Shown: positions 19,078 through 29,272 of the stretch, in pieces | Layout of the letters: each line of letters begins with the position of its first letter | How positions within the stretch are numbered: position 1 is the stretch's first letter | Origin: Naegleria gruberi | Taxonomy: Eukaryota | Assembly: GCA_000004985.1 (NCBI GenBank) | Contig: GG738856.1 | Length of the DNA stretch: 64,000 nucleotides | Direction: 5' to 3' (one strand) | The notes under the pieces: generated by a model | The model's database searches: none | Seen by the model: the letters and a program-made list of their open reading frames with translations, nothing else | Told to the model about the DNA's origin: nothing | Position numbers and translations under genes: made by a program

Positions 19078-19539
19078 TTATTGTTCAGAATTCAAAGGAA
19101 CGTGGGTTTCCTTAGTTTCGACGTGCTTCAATTGAACGTTGGCGTTCAACAATTCATCTTGGAGAGTCTTCTTCTTTTCACCAGTTTCCTTCTTGGCTTC
19201 TTGATTGGCTTCGAATTCCTTTTCCTTTTGAATCAATTCATCGAGGACTGAACCTTGCAACTTTTCCTTGGTTTGCTTCTTAGCTTCAACAGTAGCTTCG
19301 AATTGTTTTTCCTTTTCTTTCAATTCATCGAGGACTGAACCTTGCAACAATTCTTTAGTTTGTTTCTTGGCTTCTTGATTGGCTTCGAATTCCTTTTCTT
19401 TTTCCTTCAATTCATCAAGGACAGTTCCTTGCAACTTTTCCTTGGTTTGCTTCTTGGCTTCAATGGTAGCTTCGAATTGTTTTTCCTTTTCCAAGACTTC
19501 TTTCAAGACGGCAGTTGGGACTTGTGGTTGTTCAGACAT
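19078..19539 (-). CDS. Charged repeat protein with C-terminal LKHVET WH2/thymosin-beta-like motif; probable start at the MSEQPQ ATG (19539)
   Basis: Four tandem 29-aa repeats 'VLDELKEKEK[QE]FEA[TN][IVQ]EAKKQTKE[KL]LQGS' and a terminal 'LKHVETKETHVPL' (compare thymosin-b4 LKKTETQEKNPLP and actobindin LKHAET). The track ORF extends upstream through an implausible hydrophobic leader. Confidence 0.4.
   Translation of the reverse strand: MSEQPQVPTAVLKEVLEKEKQFEATIEAKKQTKEKLQGTVLDELKEKEKEFEANQEAKKQTKELLQGSVLDELKEKEKQFEATVEAKKQTKEKLQGSVLDELIQKEKEFEANQEAKKETGEKKKTLQDELLNANVQLKHVETKETHVPLNSEQ
19185..19535. repeat. 87-bp tandem repeat, about 4 copies, inside coding sequence
   Basis: The unit 'cttcttggcttc[tt/aa]...gcttcgaatt...cctttt...caattcatcgaggac...ccttgcaac...' recurs at 87-nt spacing and encodes the 29-aa protein repeat. 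Confidence 0.6.
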
Positions 19540-19864
19540 TTTTTTGTAAGAGTTGATTGGTTTATTGTTGTATGAAGCATCAAGTATATTAAGCTTGATC
19601 TCGTCAACAATGATCAAAGAAAAGGCCTCTTGAGACAGAGGTTGACAGACAAGCAAGAGGTGACGTGCAACTACAATTTGATTGACAAACAACATACCTA
19701 TCAATCATGAAGCAACAATGACATGATGATGTGAAGACTTGTAATGGATAAAACAGTACACCTCTACGATTTTTTTTCACAAACTGTAGAACTATGGAAG
19801 AATATGATGTGAGATAATTAAACATTTTGAAAAAAGATTTTGAAATGGTTAAAGGGTTAATAAT

Positions 19865-21757
19865 TTATTTTTTGAATTCTTCCTTCTTGGTGGTGAGGAC
19901 TGTTGCCAAAAACTTGATATTCTTGTCTGTCTTTTCTTCTTGAATAGCCTTTTCAAATTTGCTGATTTCATTGTAAACTTCTCGTCCATGTTTTGTCTTT
20001 AACAAGGCAGAAATAATGTAGGATGCCTTCTTTTCGAAAATGTATTGTTTGCAATGGCCCTTGACAAGTTTGAAAACACCATCACAGAAACCTCCTTCAC
20101 TCTTCAAAATAATGCTTGACATGGTGGTCTTGACAAATATATTGTGGAAATCAAAATCTTTGGATTGTATCAATTCTAACAGCTTGGCTGAGATTGGTTC
20201 GAAATCTTTGTTTTCTGTTGAGAGGGCGAATGCTTCCTTAACGACAAGGTGGCCATTAGTATCAGCAATAAGGGTTGATAAATTTTCACAAATTCCAGTA
20301 ACAATAGATGGACCGAATGAGAGCAATAATTCTTGTCTAATCTTATCTTGACCCTTCTTGCTCAAAACACCATCTTTCATCATTTCCTTTCTCAATTCCA
20401 ATTCATCAAAGAGTTTTGTAGCTTGACTGTTACCAAAAACTTTAGAACTACCTGTGAGCAAGTAACGAATTGGTTTACAAGCTTGTTGGTGATGTAAGAG
20501 GTCGGATAAAACTTTTCTGAAATGCTTCAAAATCTTTTGATTCAAGAGAACAGTATCGTCAATACACTTGAACAAGTATGAAACGACAACTGAACCGAAA
20601 CAATCTTGAGAGGCCAAAACAGCCAAGTTATTGTGTGGATCACTGTTGGTGAGATCATCTTCCTTTTGCTTTTCTTCAGCACCTTCACCATCAACATTTT
20701 CTTCTGCAGAACCAGCAACATCAACCTTAGATCTAGACAAACTTCTGACAATGAGCTTTCTTTCCTTTTCGTTGGCATATGCAATACAGAGGAGGGAAAT
20801 CTTACAACCGAGGAGAGTATGGAGGATGAGTGGAATAGCACCAGCTTCAATCAAATCGTAGAGTGTGAATTTAACATGTGAACTGTCACCACATTCAAAA
20901 ACGTCAATAATGAGCTTTTGAACAACGGCCAAATCGAAGAGTCTCTTTTGGAGAGCGTTTTGAACAATCTTGGTCAAATCTGAGACAATGGTCAAAACAG
21001 CACCTGTCTTGATATTGTTATCGAGAGAATCCTTAAGAGAGTCATTCATCTTGCTTTCTTCATTAGTCCACAAGAAATCTGAGCCATAGAATTCTTGAAC
21101 GAAGAATCTCTTTTCAGTATAGTTCCACAATTCAGTGTAGCAATAGTCGAGAACTTCTCCTGAAAATCTTTGTTGAATCATTGTCTTCATATTTCCAAAG
21201 AAAACTTCCTTATAAAATTCGAGTCTTTCCTTTTGATCCTTAATCTTAACTACGTGATATTTCATAACCTTCATTACTAATTTGTGTCCATAAATATTTG
21301 AGGATAAAACCTTAAGATCACCCTTGATTTCTTTAATAACAATATTTCTCAATTTTTCATTTCCGTACTTGAGAACAGCTTGTAACAAACGACTCATATC
21401 GGAACGAAGTGATAAACTACTAATAGATCCTTCAATATATTCTAAAGCTGTTTCGAGAATGTCAATCTTTTTACTTCTCTTCTTTTCTCCCAATTGCAAA
21501 AATTCGTCAAGAGCTCTCTTAGCCATTGTTGTACTATCTTCACGCTTCAACTTCTTTTTAAAATCAGAAATACCACCACCATCTTTTCTATTTTCCGATG
21601 ATGTTTCAGAGTGCAATCTCTTTGTTGGGGCATTCTTCTTAAAACCGCCTTCACTCTTATTAAATCCCTTCTTATTATTATTAGATGATGAGAAAGAAGG
21701 CTTCTTAAAATCCTTTTTACCGCCCGATGATGGCTTGCCTGTATTTTTGTTATTCAT
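19865..21757 (-). CDS. Nucleolar Pumilio-family protein (PUM3/Puf-A/Puf6-like)
   Basis: Basic KR-rich N-terminus, then PUF-like helical repeats ('LLQAVLKYGNEKLRNIVIKEIKGDLKVLSSNIYGHKLVMKVMKYH'), then a C-terminal CPL-like region. Domain call from pattern only. Confidence 0.4.
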   Translation of the reverse strand: MNNKNTGKPSSGGKKDFKKPSFSSSNNNKKGFNKSEGGFKKNAPTKRLHSETSSENRKDGGGISDFKKKLKREDSTTMAKRALDEFLQLGEKKRSKKIDILETALEYIEGSISSLSLRSDMSRLLQAVLKYGNEKLRNIVIKEIKGDLKVLSSNIYGHKLVMKVMKYHVVKIKDQKERLEFYKEVFFGNMKTMIQQRFSGEVLDYCYTELWNYTEKRFFVQEFYGSDFLWTNEESKMNDSLKDSLDNNIKTGAVLTIVSDLTKIVQNALQKRLFDLAVVQKLIIDVFECGDSSHVKFTLYDLIEAGAIPLILHTLLGCKISLLCIAYANEKERKLIVRSLSRSKVDVAGSAEENVDGEGAEEKQKEDDLTNSDPHNNLAVLASQDCFGSVVVSYLFKCIDDTVLLNQKILKHFRKVLSDLLHHQQACKPIRYLLTGSSKVFGNSQATKLFDELELRKEMMKDGVLSKKGQDKIRQELLLSFGPSIVTGICENLSTLIADTNGHLVVKEAFALSTENKDFEPISAKLLELIQSKDFDFHNIFVKTTMSSIILKSEGGFCDGVFKLVKGHCKQYIFEKKASYIISALLKTKHGREVYNEISKFEKAIQEEKTDKNIKFLATVLTTKKEEFKK

Positions 21758-21986
21758 TTTTTTTTCATCAAATTGTTTGAGTTACCGCTTTTTTCATCAC
21801 CAAATAAAATTTTCATCATTAATTTTCTATTTTTTCAATGTTGATGAATAGTTTCAATACCGTAATTGATAATTTACTTATTTCTGAGAAGGGAATAAAT
21901 TTATTGTTTTCATCATATTGCTTGAGGCTAGAATTTTCTCTGTGTGATGATAATTAAATTGTAAATGCGAAATAAATTGAGAAAAA

Positions 21987-23096
21987 ATGAGTAAGCGAAA
22001 ATTAGTGTGTGATGACGATGAAGACGAAGAGATTGAAGAATTCAAGGCTTCGGTTGTGAATCAAATCATAGAAGTGAGTGATGAGGATAGTTTGGATAGT
22101 CCATTGAAGACTATTACCACTCCGATTAATCCTCCTAAAAAACCTAAAATTCAATCAACCTTGGTAGAAAACAAATCAACTCCAACAAGTAAGAATCATC
22201 AAGCAACAACAACAACTCCAAAGAAGGATCTTAAATTGTCAAAGAAGGGAGAATCTAGTAATAGTAAAACAGCATCAACACCAAAAACTCCAACTACTCT
22301 CAATGTAAATACAAACAAATCAAGCCTAGGAAGTACTAGTAACAATTCATCATCGAAAAAACAAACTCTCTCACCAGAAGAATCAAAGAGCAACAAGGCA
22401 ACTACTCTCGGAGATATACTGGGACCAGAAACTAAGAAGGAAAAGAAGAATGCAAAGAGTAGATTTTGGAATATTGCAAATTGCCAACCTGTAAATTATA
22501 AGGATATCGAAGATTGGGAGGATTTTGTGGATACTGCAGAGGAGAAATATCTCGGACCAAATAGAAATAATATTAATGTTTATATTAGAGAGGAGGAAGT
22601 GAATGTGATTTATCGGTGGATTGAATCTTTTAAATCTGCAAAATCTACATTGGCTGCTAGAGTTGCAAGAAATGTAAAGGAACGAAATGACAATAGTTTT
22701 GATGAAAGAGTTGAGGAAGAGAATTGGAAGAAATTGAATACTCTCACTGCTCGATTGAAAAATCTCTTAATGAATCACGAAAATTTAACAACAGAAGATT
22801 TGGGCAAAATGAAAGAATGTAGTCAAGTTCGAAAGAAACGTATCGAGGAAGAGAAGAGAGAAAATGAACAATCAGAGAGGGAACATCAGGCACTCAAGAA
22901 TCAATCAGATATTGCCCAGATTAAATACTTTGTTTTTAGAGATGGTCCAGTGCGTGGCCAAAAAGAATACTTTGAATGGAAATCCCTCATCAATATGAAG
23001 AATCTCTTCTCTGGAGCTGCAGCTGCTGCACAAAACAACCAACAACCCTCCTTTGAAGACTCTGATGATGAATTACTGAATGGTGATATATTCTAA
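21987..23096 (+). CDS. Hypothetical Ser/Lys/Thr-rich protein with a C-terminal coiled coil (369 aa)
   Basis: ATG ORF; acidic N-terminus 'CDDDEDEEIEEF'; low-complexity S/T/K tracts; charged heptad-like C-terminus. Confidence 0.4.
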   Translation: MSKRKLVCDDDEDEEIEEFKASVVNQIIEVSDEDSLDSPLKTITTPINPPKKPKIQSTLVENKSTPTSKNHQATTTTPKKDLKLSKKGESSNSKTASTPKTPTTLNVNTNKSSLGSTSNNSSSKKQTLSPEESKSNKATTLGDILGPETKKEKKNAKSRFWNIANCQPVNYKDIEDWEDFVDTAEEKYLGPNRNNINVYIREEEVNVIYRWIESFKSAKSTLAARVARNVKERNDNSFDERVEEENWKKLNTLTARLKNLLMNHENLTTEDLGKMKECSQVRKKRIEEEKRENEQSEREHQALKNQSDIAQIKYFVFRDGPVRGQKEYFEWKSLINMKNLFSGAAAAAQNNQQPSFEDSDDELLNGDIF

Positions 23097-23234
23097 ACCA
23101 AGCAAAAACCAGACCATCAACCAGATCAATTTTACACCTACCAAGAGAAAACTATAGAACCTTATTAAATGTATATCATCGTCATGAAGATCAACAACAT
23201 TACGTGCCCTATTAATCATATCATATGAAATGTT

Positions 23235-24649
23235 TTGAATGTGCAAACTCAGATTTTACAAATTTCCATTACAAAAAAAATGCCACCACACGCAAAGAAG
23301 CCAAAAGAAACACCACTCACCGAATCGGAACATGAAGTTACATTAAAATATGGACAAGCAATAATTATTAAAAATTCCACCATTAAAAAGATACAAATTA
23401 CTGATGGAGTGTTGAATATTTTCGGAACGGAATTTAATGCTAATGGAGAAGAAGGTGGTGTTTTGGATTTTTCTGCAGGTGGTGAATTGATTGAAGTTGT
23501 TGGTATGAATATGAGTCTGGAAAAGAAGGATACTACATTAAAGATGAATATTTTGGGAGAAGCTGAACAAGCATTTACTACTGTGGAAAGTAATCCAAAA
23601 TTTATGGAAAGTGTATTTGAAACTTTTGATAAAATTAAGGGAGGAATGAATCATGTGAGAGTATTGATTGTTGGACAAACTGATAGTGGTAAATCAACTC
23701 TATCAAGAATTTTATTCAATCATGCCTTGTTTTCCAATGAGAGAGATCAAGAGGAAAGAATTTGTGCATTTGCTGATATTGATGTTGGACAAAATCAACT
23801 TTCAATTCCTGGAAGTATGAGTATGGTCTATGAATTGCCATCTCATGAGAGCTATTCGAAAGTTGACTCTGTGATGAAGTCTAATCCACTTGCCACTATT
23901 GTGAATAGTCATGCTTTCAACTTTGGAGATATTTCACCAAAATCCACAATTTATTACGATCATATCTGTAAGCAAATGACAACATACTATGATAATATTA
24001 TCAAAAAGAATGCTGATGTGAAGAAATCAATGTGGATCATTAATACATGTGGATGGGTTGAAGGTCAAGGATATGAACTTATCAAGAATGCCATCTCCTC
24101 ATGCAATATAACTCATGTCATTTCATTCGATCAAAATACTACACGTAACTTGGAAAGAGACACCAAGAATGTTGTAATTATTCCTCTCGAAAAGAGTAGT
24201 CATGTGAAAAAGAGAAGTACCAATTTCAGAAAAGACACCAGAGCTGCCAATTTCAATTCCTACTTTAGTAATAGATTGAATACTCTTACCTTACCATTGG
24301 ATAAGGTGAAATTATGTATGATTGATTACAAGACTCAAAATTCAGCAGTAAGTATAATGTCTGACTGATTTATTGATTTAATAATTGATTTAATATTAAT
24401 GTAAATATTATATTTTAGAGAGCTTTGACTGTGAGTGATAAGTCATTGAATAGAATTAATTCAATTTCTACAGCCGATAATCTTAAAGATGTGGCAAACA
24501 AGGAAGTTCGCATGTTTGTCGTATTGCAAGCATTCAACCCAGAAAAGAATACTATTACATTATTATTGCCTGGAAAGGAAAAGAAGGAATCATTTGAAAA
24601 TCTTGAAAATCCATTACAACTTCTTGGTGGTTCCATAATCTGGAAGTAA
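23235..24649 (+). CDS. CLP1: Clp1 polyribonucleotide 5'-hydroxyl kinase homolog. Exon 1 is 23235-24347, intron 24348-24418, exon 2 24419-24649.
   Basis: 'VRVLIVGQTDSGKSTLSRILFNHAL...CAFADIDVGQNQLSIPGSMSMV' matches human CLP1 '[24 protein letters not shown]...VELDVGQGSVSIPG'. A 71-nt GTAAGT...TTTTAG intron joins in phase to ORF 24425-24649 (...NSA|RALTVSDKSLN...). Confidence 0.7.
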
Positions 24650-24836
24650 TCAACAATAAACTACGTTCAGACTATTGTTTATAGTTGTTCAAAATTCAGG
24701 GCACTAAATATACTGATTAGTCTAAAGGTTCGTTTTTCAAATGGCATCGTGATATTTATATTATATTTGAACCAAATTGACCAAGATAAAGATATTATTC
24801 TTGGTGTGTAGTCGAGAAAGAAAAGCATTGTTTATT

Positions 24837-24955
24837 GGCCACGTAGCTTAATTGGAAAAGCAGAACAAATGGTTTCAGTACTGAAACTTAACTGCAGTAA
24901 AAAATTCGCATTTCATTCGTAGAAAAAGATGTGGGTTCGAGCCCCACCGTGGTCG
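24837..24955 (+). tRNA. tRNA-like Pol III gene, 119 nt, carrying a roughly 46-nt insertion (probable intron-containing tRNA; anticodon not resolved)
   Basis: 7-bp acceptor GGCCACG/CGTGGTC; D-arm GCTT-AATTGGAA-AAGC (A-box-like TAGCTTAATTGG); T-arm GTGGG-TTCGAGC-CCCAC (B-box); discriminator then TTTT. Between D-arm and T-arm lie 87 nt instead of about 41, including a perfect 14-nt palindrome TTTCAGTACTGAAA. Confidence 0.5.
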
Positions 24956-25161
24956 ATTTTTTCATTCCACTTTTTCTATATTTCAAATTTCTTTTTCTTC
25001 CAATTTACGTTGTTCTAAATTGAGTTATCGAGAACGAGTTGTGATGTTCTTTTTTACTTTCTCCCTCCATACTTTGTACCATAAATGGTAGCTTGTAGCA
25101 GCAATTATGTGAATTAAAATTGTAATACTCTTGAAAAATAAATAAATTTTTTTGAGGAATA

Positions 25162-27303
25162 TTACATGGAAACTAATTGTTTTCTCAATAGCATTACAAG
25201 GGTTAATGATAAAATAACCATGAATGCACATATACCAAAAAACCAGTACAACGAATCAATGTCCTGACCTGGGACTTTGACATTCATCCCCCAAATGCCT
25301 GACAAGACTGACAATGGACCGAAAATGGAGGCAAAAACTGTTAAACGATTCATAAAGGCATCAGTTTTTTGTGCATTTTGGGCAATTTCAATTTGAACTC
25401 TTGTTAAATAATTAGTATGGGATTGATGAAGTGAATCTCTGGCAATATCCAATCTATCACAACAATAGGTCAAGTGATCCAACACATCTCTCAAATATAA
25501 TTGAATTTCCTTATCAATAAATGGAAGAGGAACTCTGCTCGATACCAAATAGGTTATCATCTTTTGCTTGGGTAAAAGTAATTTTCTCAACACAATAGTT
25601 CTTCTCTTATTGAGAGCAATTCTCCACAATAAATCTTCCTTCTCAGTAGTATTTAGTGAAACAGTAAATTCGTCCAAAGTATCACATTCTCTCGTTAAAC
25701 TGTCAACCTTTGGAATATAGACGTCAATGATGGCATCTAAGTAGGCATAGAAAACCCATGAAGGGCTTGGAATGGTTGTACTTTTTCTTTTACGAACAAC
25801 ATCAGCACTGTCATTCCTTCTTGGTGTTGATTCAGCACGGATCTTTTCAATAATATCTCTCTTTTCTCTAATGGATTTACCATGTTTGAGCTTTTTACGA
25901 TGTTTGGCATCAATTTCAAATTCCTTTTCAATTCTGTTCATGAGTAGATCCATTCCTTCAATTGGCTTATCGTGAACCGTAATGATACAATTTTCAAATA
26001 TCAGTACATTCAAGTGACATGGTAAATAATCATTACTTGCTACCTTATCAGCAATTTGACCTGTAAAAATCATAAACATGTAATTATCGAAAACTTCCCA
26101 CTTTTCACCACTATCATTGTTAATCATATCTTCTGAGGTCAAGGAGTGAATTCCAAAATATTTCTGCAGTGTATGTATATCATCAGCACTGCTTTGTTGA
26201 CAATCAATCCAAAATGATTCTGCATCTTGATTTTCGCCAGTGATGTGATCTAACATGTGTTGGGCTGTGTCAAATCTGTGGCACTCGTATCCCAAACCAA
26301 CAACTATGAATCTCTTTTCTGCCTTTTCAAAACTTGGCATTCCTTTCAATATATCCCTAATATTTCTTCCAATGACATTATCCTTTTCATTTACAGCATT
26401 GGCAAACACATCAGTAGCAGAAGTAGGAGAGCTAGGAGTGGTCAAATCTATACTTGGTCCATTGTTTCCTTCAAAGATATCTGCTTCATCTTTACCGTCT
26501 GTTGACGGAGAGCCAATTGTAGATGGTGTTTCTGAAATACTACTCCTCACATCATCAACAGTTGTTGCATTATGTTGATCCATAATAATTGGTGTTGGTG
26601 CACTCATAAGAAATCCAAAAGCATGCGAAGACATTGGAGAAATCAATGAATGTGGAGTACTGCCACTACTATTCTTCATTTTCAGCTTTCTGTTTTCATC
26701 CAATGAATTAGGATCCACAGATAAATGATTTGGCTTTTTAGAATGTATCTTCTTAGTGTTACTCTGAGTCTTTTTGGATCTTGATTTCCTATCTGGAATT
26801 TTAATCGGTTCTGTTCTCATTACTGATTCATTATTTGTTTCTCCTCCATTATTTGTATTAGTAGATCGATTCTTTCCCTCTTCATCAGTATCAGAATTTG
26901 AAACTCCACTACTTTCATTATCACCAAATGTTACTTTCTTTCCGAATATTTCGGGTGATGAAGATCTTCTCCTTCTTTGTTCATCTCCAAGTGATGTAAT
27001 ATTAACATTATCATTCGATAGCATTGTACCTAGTGTTTCTGATGTATTTGTTGTTGTAGTTGTAGTGGTTGGTTGTGATTCTTGTTCTTCATCGGCAAGG
27101 CTTTCGGATGATGAGGCTACTTCGATTTGAATTTCTACAACCTCCTGGTCGTTAGGATCATTGTTAATAGAAGGACTATCGATGAATACATCATCATCAT
27201 TGGTAGTATTCTCTGGTGGTTGAAGTCTTCCGTTTATATTGTTAGAATTTTGTGATGAGGGTGAAGAGTTTGAGAGAATTTCCTCTTTGTAAAATCGCGA
27301 CAT
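25162..27303 (-). CDS. CorA-family Mg2+/metal-ion transporter (Alr1/Mrs2-like) with a long Ser/Thr/Asn-rich N-terminal extension
   Basis: C-terminal two TM helices bracket the signature 'GIWGMNVKVPGQ' (GMN motif): 'FASIFGPLSVLSGIWGMNV...LYWFFGICAFMVILSLTLVMLL'. Confidence 0.65.
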   Translation of the reverse strand: MSRFYKEEILSNSSPSSQNSNNINGRLQPPENTTNDDDVFIDSPSINNDPNDQEVVEIQIEVASSSESLADEEQESQPTTTTTTTNTSETLGTMLSNDNVNITSLGDEQRRRRSSSPEIFGKKVTFGDNESSGVSNSDTDEEGKNRSTNTNNGGETNNESVMRTEPIKIPDRKSRSKKTQSNTKKIHSKKPNHLSVDPNSLDENRKLKMKNSSGSTPHSLISPMSSHAFGFLMSAPTPIIMDQHNATTVDDVRSSISETPSTIGSPSTDGKDEADIFEGNNGPSIDLTTPSSPTSATDVFANAVNEKDNVIGRNIRDILKGMPSFEKAEKRFIVVGLGYECHRFDTAQHMLDHITGENQDAESFWIDCQQSSADDIHTLQKYFGIHSLTSEDMINNDSGEKWEVFDNYMFMIFTGQIADKVASNDYLPCHLNVLIFENCIITVHDKPIEGMDLLMNRIEKEFEIDAKHRKKLKHGKSIREKRDIIEKIRAESTPRRNDSADVVRKRKSTTIPSPSWVFYAYLDAIIDVYIPKVDSLTRECDTLDEFTVSLNTTEKEDLLWRIALNKRRTIVLRKLLLPKQKMITYLVSSRVPLPFIDKEIQLYLRDVLDHLTYCCDRLDIARDSLHQSHTNYLTRVQIEIAQNAQKTDAFMNRLTVFASIFGPLSVLSGIWGMNVKVPGQDIDSLYWFFGICAFMVILSLTLVMLLRKQLVSM

Positions 27304-27544
27304 TTTTTGATATATAATAATACTAATAATTGTTATTTAAAAAAACAGATTAAACAATTAGTGCAAAAGACCTAATTGAATATTTGCTATTCTTTTTAAG
27401 GTATAAAATATTAAATAATTAATTTGTAATTTTTTTAGAATTTATATTTTAATAATTAAAATCACAAGTTGCTCAGCAACATTCCCTGTGGTTCTTGTGA
27501 CGATGAAAAAGTATTGTTATTGTGTGTAAAAAGCTTGTGAAAAA

Positions 27545-28675
27545 TTAATTCTTATAATTGACATCCATAAAGTAGTCTGCCTTACGTCTCCATCTTGACA
27601 ATGGTTCCAAAGCAGCTTCTTCTAAAATAACAGGTGTCATTCCTAAATCTTCAAATCTCATTACATTTTGTGGCTTTTCCTTTGGAAGAACATGGTCAAA
27701 GCTCATTCTGATTGGCAAGTCAGAAGTCCAACCAGGAGTATGTGTGTATTCGTTAATATAACCAACAAGTTGTCCGACAATTTCAGGTATCATAACCTTA
27801 CCACCTGGCTTTTCATCTATAATTCTAGCAACAGTATCGACAAGTTGAGACCAAGTGAAAACTTCAGGACCAGCCAATTCAACAGTCTTTCCTACAGTTC
27901 TACTATTTAATACAGTTCTGGCAACAGCACGACCAACATCACCAACAAAAACAGGTTGGACTTTAGCTTGACCCTTTTGTGTGAGTGGAATGAGTGGGAA
28001 AATTCTAATTTGTTTAGCAATTAAATTCAAGAAACCATCTTCTGTTCCGTAAGCGTTAGCTGAACGAACAATGGTAGTATTATCAAAATTGCTCAAAGCA
28101 GCTTCTTCAGCCAATCCTTTTTGTTTCCAATATTCGGATTCAGAGTTTTTATCAGCGTTCAACAATGACAATTGAATAAATCTATCAACATTTGTTTCTT
28201 TACAGGCTCTAGAAATAATTTCTGCTGATTCAACATTGGAATTGTAGACTGTAACATTGTCGAAAATTCTCTTATGATCACGACCAATACAGTTAATAAC
28301 AACATTAGAACGAGCACAAATATCGAGTATAGAATCGTATCTCTTCAAGTCAAATCTCATAGCAACAACTTGACCGACGTCTCCCATACTTCTCTGGTTC
28401 ACAATATCGAATTCATTTCTTCTCCAAGGTGTAATAACTTGATAACCAGCATCAGCAAGTGCAGCAACAACATATCTACCAACAAATCCTGTACATCCGA
28501 AAACTGTAGCGACAGGGAAGGTAGTATGGGTGTTAACACCAGCAGCACTTCTGAAAGCGTCAATATCTTGTCTACCAAATCTCTTTGTGATAGTATTTGT
28601 CTTGATATCACTCACTTGATGAAATGATGATGAGACTTTTTTGATAGAATTGGCGAGTCTGCAAGTTTTGTTCAT
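27545..28675 (-). CDS. NDUFA9: Complex I 39-kDa subunit NDUFA9-like NAD(P)-binding protein
   Basis: N-terminal presequence-like region, then Rossmann 'ATVFGCTGFVGRYVVAALADAGYQVITPWRR' (compare NDUFA9 GATGFLGRYVV...G.QVIIPYR). Size is that of an SDR-fold protein. Confidence 0.55.
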   Translation of the reverse strand: MNKTCRLANSIKKVSSSFHQVSDIKTNTITKRFGRQDIDAFRSAAGVNTHTTFPVATVFGCTGFVGRYVVAALADAGYQVITPWRRNEFDIVNQRSMGDVGQVVAMRFDLKRYDSILDICARSNVVINCIGRDHKRIFDNVTVYNSNVESAEIISRACKETNVDRFIQLSLLNADKNSESEYWKQKGLAEEAALSNFDNTTIVRSANAYGTEDGFLNLIAKQIRIFPLIPLTQKGQAKVQPVFVGDVGRAVARTVLNSRTVGKTVELAGPEVFTWSQLVDTVARIIDEKPGGKVMIPEIVGQLVGYINEYTHTPGWTSDLPIRMSFDHVLPKEKPQNVMRFEDLGMTPVILEEAALEPLSRWRRKADYFMDVNYKN

Positions 28676-29272
28676 TTTTTAAAAGACTTTAAAAAAATTA
28701 CAAGAAATTATTTTTTAAAAAGATTTAAAAACTACCATGAGAAGCTTATTGTCATCGTGATGAATACATTGATAATTAAATAGTTGATCTTTAATAATCT
28801 TTAATAGTAAAGATAATTCTACTCATCCTTCCGTTCACTCTCCTTTATTTTTCAACATGAATATTATTTGATTGGCTGAAATGCATTTCATCTCTTTTCA
28901 TCCACCTTCACCAATCTCCTTCCGAAATATTTTAAATCAAATCCTCTCTTCCTACACACTAGTAACACAATAACTAATCATCCAATCCAATAATGACAAT
29001 GATTCACTCTCCCAAACATGGTCCTAACATACTATTTTTATAGCCTCAATATTTCCATCCTTAGACTTCCTCAATATGTACAATAGAAAAGAACGCAAAC
29101 ATCTCTCTACCTGCTTAATTCAATAGCTTGGCGAATACTGGAAAGTACTCCACGCACATGATGATGAACATCAATGATGGCAATTTTGACTGTTCCTGAA
29201 CGTTAAAAGTACAAATTTAAAAATCTACAGTTATGCATTAGAGAGAACAAACAACTCTCCAGAGAAAAAAAA

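Noticed and set aside
24997-25231. ORF 25025-25231 and the region just downstream of the tRNA-like gene as a possible tRNA-targeted retroelement (TRE-like) footprint
   Set aside because: No RT, integrase or other mobile-element coding potential anywhere in the window, and no terminal repeats or poly-A tract near the tRNA-like gene. Insufficient evidence.
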